A stretch of DNA of 64,000 nt from Actinomycetota bacterium (GTDB lineage: Bacteria > Actinomycetota > Actinomycetes > S36-B12 > UBA10799). This document shows positions 57,255 through 64,000 of the stretch, in pieces (the first letter of the stretch is position 1; the number at the start of each line of letters is the position of its first letter). The notes beneath the pieces were generated by a model. The model was not told where the DNA came from. It saw nothing but the letters and a program-made list of their open reading frames with translations, and did not search any database. The stretch lies in the NCBI GenBank assembly GCA_020636995.1, contig JACJWU010000008.1:555-64554 (forward strand), given 5' to 3'. The position numbers were made by a program, and so were the translations under genes.

Positions 57255-58641
57255 TCGGGGGCCACCTCATGCATGGCGTCCAGCACCCCGGACATCAGGG
57301 TGTTGAGCGTCTCGTTCGCCTGTGGGTGTGACCGAAGCCGTACATGGCGCCACTGGCGGCCGGCGTACCCACGTTGTCCATGGCGTACTGCACCGCCTCT
57401 CGCAGGTCGGACAGGAACGCCTCGGCCACACCGGGTCGGGTGTTCGGGCGGGTCACGCAGAAGTGCAGGGCGGCCGGCAGTTGCAGGGCGTTCATGCGCC
57501 AACCGGCCTTCTTCAGCGCGTCGTTGACCAAGTAGATGTCGAGGTCGTCGCGATCGGACATGAAGGCGATGAGGAACTTGGGGTCGCCGATGACCTGCAG
57601 GCCGTCCATCGCCTCGATGCCCTCGCGGATCGTCGTGGCGGTCTGCATGATCCCGCGAGCCGCCTCGAGGTAGCCGGCACGCCCGGTCGTCACCATCCCG
57701 GCCCACGTCGCGGCGATCAGGCCTCCGGAGCGCGAGCCCGCCAGGCCCGGCGAGAGGTAGAGCCCGCCAGGCCAGTCCGGGTAGGTGAAGTACTGGTGCC
57801 GGCGCAGGTCCTTGTTGCGGTAGGACAGTGTGGAGGTTCCTTTGAGGGCATAGCCGTACTTGTGTGTGTCGGCGGAGATCGACGTCACCCCGGGGACGCG
57901 GAAGTCCCACAGCGGGATGTCGTAGCCGAGTTCTTCTGCCCAGGGCCAGAGCATGCCGCCGAGGCAGCCGTCCACGTGCATCCCGATCCCGTGCTCCTGG
58001 GCCAGCGCGGCGATGTCCTCGATCGGGTCGATCAGTCCATGGGCGTAGTCCCCGGCCGATCCGACCAGAGCGATGGTCTGGTCGTCGATCAGTTCGGCCA
58101 TCGCGTCGACGTCAGCGGTGTAGGCGTCGGTCAGCGGGGCGTGGCGGACCTCGATGTCCATCCAGTACGCACCCTTGTCCAGCGCCACGTGCGCCGTGAT
58201 GGGCATGACCACGTTGGGCTTTGTGACACCGCGCTCGCGGGCGGCCTCCCGGTAGGTGTAGAGCGCGGTGATCAGGCTTTCGGAACCGCCGCTGGTCACC
58301 ACCCCACAGGCGTTCGCGTCGCCGTGCAACAGGTCGAGGACCATGGCCACGATCTCGCCCTCGAACTTCGTGGCCGACGGGTACATGTCGCGCTGCAGGA
58401 CGTTCGCGTGGGAGAACTGGGAGAAGACCTCGCCGAGGTACGCGTAGTGCTCGTGGTCACCGCTGTACAGCGAGCCCGACACCTTTCCCTCATCGCCGGT
58501 CGCGTCCTCGCGCTGGGCCATTGAGGTGATCTCGGCCAGCACGTCGGCGCGATCGCGGGGTTCGTCGGGGATCCGCCGGTAGTTGGTGGTCTCCTTGCGG
58601 TACGGGTAGAAGCCGTCGATGAAGTCGTCGAAGTCGCTCAC
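57251..58641 (-). CDS. PLP-dependent sphingosine-1-phosphate lyase-like / group II decarboxylase, one apparent frameshift near 57325
   Basis: VSGSLY, TSGGSESL, HVDGCLGG, SADTHKYGY..KG.S and GSRSGG. Confidence 0.85.
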
Positions 58642-58725
58642 GCGTCCGAGGTTAGTCGCAGTGGCCCGGTGTTGCGTCGGCGCGCAGGACTGCCATCGAG
58701 CCGCCTCAGGTGGCAGTCTGGAGGC

Positions 58726-59493
58726 ATGCGCAAGACCTTCCCGATAATCCTGATCCTGCTCGGCGTAGTGATGTTCGGAGTGGGTCTGGCACAGGCCGTC
58801 GGTGGCGTCACGTCCACCATCGGGTCGATCGCCTCCACCACGATGATCAGCAACCCGTTCACCGCCCCGGGATCCACGGAGGTGGAGTTGAGCCCGGGGA
58901 CGTACACGGTCTACGAGAACATCGGGTTCGCCGGCTCCAACCCTGGCAACGTGACCGTGGATCCGGAGTCGCTGACCGTGTCCGGGCCCGACGGCGAGCG
59001 GATCAGTACGACATGCATCTCCTGTGGCGCGTCGAGTTCCACTCTGACCCTCGGTTCCACCACCTACATCGGGGTCATCTCCTTCACCGCGCCCGAACAG
59101 GGTAAGTACACGGTTGCGGCCACTGACGACGGCGGGGCCAACCTCGTCGTGGGGCCGTCCTTCGCCGAGGCCATCGGCGGGATCGTCAATGAAGTCGGTG
59201 GCGCCTTCGGCTGGGTGGGATTGGCGATCCTCGGCGGCTTCCTCGCTGTCGCGGGCATCATCTGGTTGATCGTGGCGGCGGTGACCGGGTCGGGATCCAA
59301 GCCTGCTCCCGTGCCGGGCATCCCGTATTACGACGCTGCGGCCGGCCAAGGTCCAGTTGTGCAGGCCGGGGGCGCCGAAATGCCGGTCGGTGGACCGACC
59401 CCGGTCGGCTCCTGGTACCCCGACCCGGAGGACCCCAGCCAGTTGCGCTGGTGGGACGGGCGGCAATGGACCGATCAACGCCGGCCGCGCTGA
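58726..59493 (+). CDS. Membrane protein with C-terminal DUF2510 motif
   Basis: GSWYPDPEDPSQLRWWDGRQWT; N-terminal and internal TM helices. Confidence 0.82.
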   Translation: MRKTFPIILILLGVVMFGVGLAQAVGGVTSTIGSIASTTMISNPFTAPGSTEVELSPGTYTVYENIGFAGSNPGNVTVDPESLTVSGPDGERISTTCISCGASSSTLTLGSTTYIGVISFTAPEQGKYTVAATDDGGANLVVGPSFAEAIGGIVNEVGGAFGWVGLAILGGFLAVAGIIWLIVAAVTGSGSKPAPVPGIPYYDAAAGQGPVVQAGGAEMPVGGPTPVGSWYPDPEDPSQLRWWDGRQWTDQRRPR

Positions 59494-59502
59494 TCGGTGT
59501 TG

Positions 59503-59572
59503 GGTGGGGTTCGTGCAGCCAGGTGGGGTTCGTCGGGCGCTGAACCCCATCGGTCTACCTGAACCCCATCGG
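59503..59572. repeat. Family C element, copy 2, with nested double arms
   Basis: GGTGGGGTTCG twice and TGAACCCCATCGG twice, each with a 19-nt period. Confidence 0.85.
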
Positions 59573-59712
59573 TCGCCGCCTCCGTGGACAGCGGTGGCTC
59601 CGGCCCGGGGTTCGTCCGCCACCACGTGCCCAACAACCCCGCCGAACGGCTACTGGTGCCCGAGTGATCACCTCGGGTAGAGTCCGGGAACCGTACCCCA
59701 GGAGGAACCGTA

Positions 59713-60106
59713 ATGAAGAAGATGCTCGGACTCGTCGTGGTCGTGCCGCTGCTGTTCGGCGGTCTCGCCGCCTGCGGTGGCAGCGACAGCGGCAGTTCCA
59801 CCACCGAGACCACGGCAGCGGCGACGCCTGCCGAGACCATGGCCGAAACCACCGAACCCACTGCCGAGCAGGGGGACTCCATGTCCGCCGTGGACGCGTA
59901 CTGCCAGAAGGTCGATGAGTACGCGGCCGAGGCGAAGAAGTTGATCGAGGACCCGACGTCCGGCAATGCCAGTGACCCTGCAGGCCAAGGCCCAGGAACT
60001 GCAGGACACCGCGTCGCAGTTGACCCAGGAGCTCATCGACGACCCGTCGAAGGCCGAGCAGGTGCAGGAGTGCACCACCAAGTTGCAGGAAGCGCTGGCC
60101 GGCTGA
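59713..60106 (+). CDS. Small lipoprotein, one apparent frameshift near 59978
   Basis: SD AGGAGG, lipobox LAAC, Ser/Thr-rich linker, helical C-terminus LQAKAQELQD...QECTTKLQEALAG. Confidence 0.7.
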
Positions 60107-60117
60107 ATCAGACGCAG

Positions 60118-60151
60118 AGGAGGGGATCCGGGTGACCGGGTCCCTCCTTTC
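60118..60151 (+). terminator. Intrinsic terminator
   Basis: GGAGGGGATCCGG...CCGGGTCCCTCC followed by TTT. Confidence 0.6.
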
Positions 60152-60174
60152 GCGTGCGAGGGGACTGGCCGGCG

Positions 60175-60330
60175 ATTGTCGCGAAGTTGGCGGCCCGTCC
60201 ACCCCGATTGTCACGAAGGTGCTGGGTCCGACGGCCTGAAACCCCTCACCTTCGTGACAAAGAGGTTCCGGACCGTCGCAACTTCGTCACAATGGCCGGC
60301 GGTCCGGACCGTCGCAAACTTCGTCACAAT
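60175..60330. repeat. Family D nested palindromic element, copy 2, with an extra right-arm duplication
   Basis: ATTGTC(G/A)CGAAG at 60175 and 60207; CTTCGT(G/C)ACAA ending at 60260, 60292 and 60329. Confidence 0.8.
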
Positions 60331-60419
60331 GGCCGGCGTGGGCCGGCCCGTCACGACGCGGGCCGTGAGACGACCCGTGAGCCGGGCCGAGCGCATTTCC
60401 CGAGGGGGGGCCGCATTTA

Positions 60420-60433
60420 TTACTTGCCAGTAA
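60420..60433. promoter_or_regulatory. Putative operator palindrome TTACT-N4-AGTAA upstream of fadA
   Basis: AT-rich palindrome overlapping a -10-like TAACAT. Confidence 0.5.
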
Positions 60434-60485
60434 CATAGGCGGCACCGCGCTCCGTTCGTAGAGCGCACACGCCACGGAGGCTCAG

Positions 60486-61693
60486 TTGAGCGAAGCGTTT
60501 ATCTATGAGGCGATCCGCACGCCGCGCGGACGAGGAAAGGCCAACGGATCCTTGCACGGGGTCAAGCCGGTCACCTTGGTCACCGGGCTGATCGACGAAC
60601 TGCGCACCCGCCACCCGGGGATGGACCCCAACGCCATCGACGATCTTGTGCTCGGATGTGTGACTCCGTGGGGACCAGGGGGCGGACATCGCCAAGACGG
60701 CCGCGATTTTCGCCGGCCTGCCGGACACCGTGGCCGGCACCCAGATCAACCGCTTCTGCGCCTCGGCCCTCGAGGCCGTCAACATGGCCGCGCAGAAGGT
60801 CCGCGCCGGCTGGGACCAGTTGGTCATCGCCGGTGGTGTGGAGTGCATGAGCCGCGTCCCGATGGGTTCCGACGGCGGCGCGTGGGCCATGGACCCGGAG
60901 ACCGCGTACGACACCTACTTCGTGCCGCAGGGCATCAGCGCCGACCTCATCGCGACCACCGAAGGCTTCACCCGCGAGGACGTGGACGCCTACGCCGTGC
61001 AGTCGCAGCAGCGGTCTGCCGCGGCCTGGAGTGCGGGCAACTTCGCCAAGTCCGTGGTTCCGGTCAAGGACCGCAACGGCGTGACCCTGCTCGACCACGA
61101 CGAGCACATGCGCCCGACACCACCATGGAGTCGCTGGCCTCCCTCAAGCCCTCCTTCGCCGGGATCGGCGAGATGGGCGGGTTCGACGCGGTGGCTCTGC
61201 AGAAGTTCCACTGGGTCGAGAAGATCGACCACGTCCACACCCCGGGCAACTCGTCCGGGATCGTCGACGGTGCGGCCCTGGTCGTCGTCGGTAGTGAGCA
61301 GGTCGGCAAGGACTTCGGCATGGTTCCGCGCGCTCGCGTGGTCGCCACGGCCGTCTCCGGCGCCGATCCGACGATCATGCTGACCGGACCGACTCCGGCC
61401 ACCGAGAAGGCTTTGCGGCTTGCCGGTCTGACCAAGGACGACATCGATGTGTGGAGCTGAACGAGGCTTTCGCGGCGGTCGTGCTGAAGTGGGTCAAGGA
61501 CTTCGACCTGCCCATGGAGAAGGTCAACATCAACGGCGGCGCGATCGCCATGGGCCACCTGCTGGGAGCCACCGGCGCCATGATCCTGGGCACCGTGGTC
61601 GATGAACTCGAACGCTCCGGCGGACGGTACGGCCTGGTCACCCTGTGCATCGGTGGCGGCATGGGCCTCGCGACGATCATCGAGCGGGTGTGA
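60486..61693 (+). CDS. fadA: Acetyl-CoA C-acyltransferase (thiolase), apparent frameshifts
   Basis: [54 protein letters not shown] and LCIGGGMG. Confidence 0.9.
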
Positions 61694-61696
61694 GGA

Positions 61697-63853
61697 ATGA
61701 CGAACATGATTGCGTGGGACAAGGACGCGGACGGAATCGTCACGCTGACCATGGACGACCCCGACCAGGGCGCCAACACGATGAACGAGACGTTCCAGAA
61801 CTCGTTTCAAGCCACAGTCGAGCGGCTCGTGGCTGAGAAGGATGACATCACCGGTGTCGTCCTGACCTCGGGGAAGAAGACCTTCTTCGCGGGCGGGACC
61901 TCACCCTGCTGAGCAAAGCCACGCCGGCGGACGCCGAGGAACTCACGGCGCAGTTGCAGAAGTTCAAGGGCCTGACCCGGCAGCTCGAGACGCTGGGCAA
62001 GCCCGTTGTGGCCGCCATCAACGGCGCCGCCCTCGGCGGCGGTCTGGAGATCGCGCTGTCCTGTCACCACCGTGTGGCCCTCGACGTCAAGGGCAGCGAG
62101 ATCGGTCTGCCTGAGGTGTCGCTGGGTCTGCTGCCCGGCGGCGGCGGCGTGGCGCGCACGGTGCGGATGTTCGGACCGCAGAAGGCCCTGATGGAGATCC
62201 TGCTGCAGGGTCAGCGGCGCAAGCCCGCGGCGGCGCTCGAAGTCGGGCTCGTCGACGAACTGGTCTCCGACCCGGCCGAGTTGATCCCCGCGGCCAAGGC
62301 GTGGATCACAGCCAACCCGGACGCCGCCCAGCCGTGGGACGCCAAGGGCTACAAGATCCCCGGCGGCACCCCGTCGAACCCCAGGAGTTCGCCGCGATGC
62401 TGCCCGCGTTCCCGGCGAACCTGCGCAAGCAGATCAAGGGTGCGCCGATGCCGGGGCCCGAGGCGATCATGGCCGCGGCCGTCGAGGGTTCCCAGGTGGA
62501 CATCAACAATGCGCTGCTGATCGAGACCCAGTACTTCGTCAGCCTCGCGACCGGCCAGGTCAGCAAGAACATGATCAAGGCCTTCTTCTTCGACCTGCAG
62601 GGCATCATGAAGGGCGGGAGCCGTCCAGCGGGCTTCGAACCGTACCGCGCGCAGAAGATCGTGGTCCTCGGCGCGGGCATGATGGGCGCCGGCATCGCCT
62701 ACGTCTCAGCGCGTTCCGGCATGGAGGTCATCCTCAAGGACGTGTCGCTGGAGTCGGCGCAGAAGGGCAAGGCGTACAGCGAGAAGTTGCTCTCGAAAGC
62801 GGTGTCCCGCGGCAAGATGACCCAGGAGGCCGCCGACGAGGTGCTCGGTCGGATCACCGCCACGGACAACCCGGCGGACGCCAAGGGAGCCGACCTGCTC
62901 ATCGAGGCGGTCTTCGAGGACCCCGCGCTGAAGCACAAGGTGTACGCGGAGATCGAGCCGTTCATGGCTGAGGGCTCGCTGCTCGCGTCGAACACCTCGA
63001 CCCTGCCGATCACGGGTCTGGCTGAGGGATCAGCCGCCCGGCGGACTTCATCGGGATGCACTTCTTCTCCCCGGTGGACAAGATGCCGCTGCTGGAGATC
63101 GTGGTGGGGGAGCAGACCTCCGACGCCGCCATCGCCAAGGCCGTGGACGTGGCCCTGCAGATCAAGAAGACCCCGATCGTCGTCAATGACAGCCGGGGCT
63201 TCTTCACCAGCCGGGTCATCGGCACGTTCATGGGTGAGGCTGCGGCGATGCTCGGCGAGGGCATCCCCGCGCCCAGCATCGAGCAGGCCGCACTGCAGGC
63301 GGGGTACCCGACCGGTCCGCTGGCGCTGTTCGACGAGGTCAGCCTGACGCTGGCACGCCGGATCCGGGAGGCATCGCGGGAGGCGGCGGCCGCGGAGGGC
63401 TGGGACTTCCCGGAGCACCCGTCCTATCCGGTGATCGACAAGATGGTCGTCGAGTTCGACCGCGGCGGTCGTGCTGCCGGCGCGGGCTTCTACGACTACA
63501 CCGACGGCAAGCGGGTCGGGCTGTGGTCCGGACTGGGCGAGACGTGGCAGAACGTCGACCCGCAGGACGTCGACCTGACCGAGTTGCAGGAGCGGATGCT
63601 GTTCGTCGAGGCGATCGATTCGGTGCGCTGTTTCGACGAGGGCGTTCTGCGCAACGTGCCCGACGCCAACATCGGCTCCATCTTCGGCATCGGATTCCCG
63701 CCCTGGACCGGTGGGGTGCTGCAGTACATCAACGGATACGGGCTCGCGGAGTTCGTCGCCCGTGCACGTGAACTCGCAGCCGCCTTCGGGCCGCGCTTCG
63801 ATCCGCCTGCGTCGCTGGTGGCGCGCGCGGAGAGCGGCGAACAGTACGTCTGA
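61697..63853 (+). CDS. fadB: Enoyl-CoA hydratase / 3-hydroxyacyl-CoA dehydrogenase, apparent frameshifts
   Basis: FFAGGD, INGAALGGGLE, GLPEV.LGLLPG, VLGAGMMGAGIA, EAVFE, SNTSTLPI and MHFFSPVDKM. Confidence 0.9.
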
Positions 63854-63859
63854 ACCGCA

Positions 63860-63893
63860 CGAAGGGGCCGGGCCGGTGGGTTCGGCCCCTTCG
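63860..63893 (+). terminator. Hairpin terminator after fadB
   Basis: CGAAGGGGCCG...CGGCCCCTTCG. Confidence 0.7.
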
Positions 63894-63919
63894 GCCTGTC
63901 CAGCCACTAGGGTGCGGGC

Positions 63920-64000
63920 ATGGCCTCGGTCTGGACCCGCACGGTCTACCCGCGTGAGGACGGTGTCGCGTTCGATCGCGTCGTGTTCTTCTCCGACGCG
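63920..64000 (+). CDS. TMEM175-family channel, 5' fragment
   Basis: MASVWTRTVYPREDGVAFDRVVFFSDA; R..F(F)SDA signature and leaderless TAGGGT -10. Confidence 0.6.
   Translation, partial: MASVWTRTVYPREDGVAFDRVVFFSDA

Noticed and set aside
55100-63050. Pseudogene cluster or programmed frameshifting
   Set aside because: Indels are homopolymer-associated, spread over unrelated genes and confined to one segment, so sequencing error is more parsimonious.

Overview
High-GC actinobacterial chromosomal window, mostly core housekeeping genes: FUSC exporter, Zn-ADH, sua5, L,D-transpeptidase, crcB pair, clpC-mutY-disA-radA, ppx, proline dehydrogenase/proC, acuC, bS22, rex-hemA-hemC-hemD-hemB, an OatA-like acyltransferase, a TPP riboswitch with thiBPQ, and fadA/fadB. 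Three things stand out. (1) A set of intergenic nested-palindrome (REP/REPIN/MITE-like) elements. The main 113-bp family has five same-orientation copies, two of which bracket an AbiEi/DUF559-like (Vsr-type) nuclease gene with a perfect DnaA box upstream. Element ends repeatedly carry locus-specific tandem duplications, and unrelated families share fixed arm periodicities (19, 32 and 85 nt). (2) A mannosylfructose-phosphate-synthase-like gene, followed by a HAD phosphatase fused to a GH100/GDE-like hydrolase, divergent from a GH63 hydrolase. (3) A sphingosine-1-phosphate-lyase-like gene coupled to an FGGY kinase. From about 55.0 to 63.1 kb most genes carry 1-bp indels, mainly in G/C runs; these look like long-read sequencing error rather than true pseudogenes. 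No tRNA, rRNA, CRISPR array or recognisable transposase was seen. All product calls come from motif recognition only; no database search was run.
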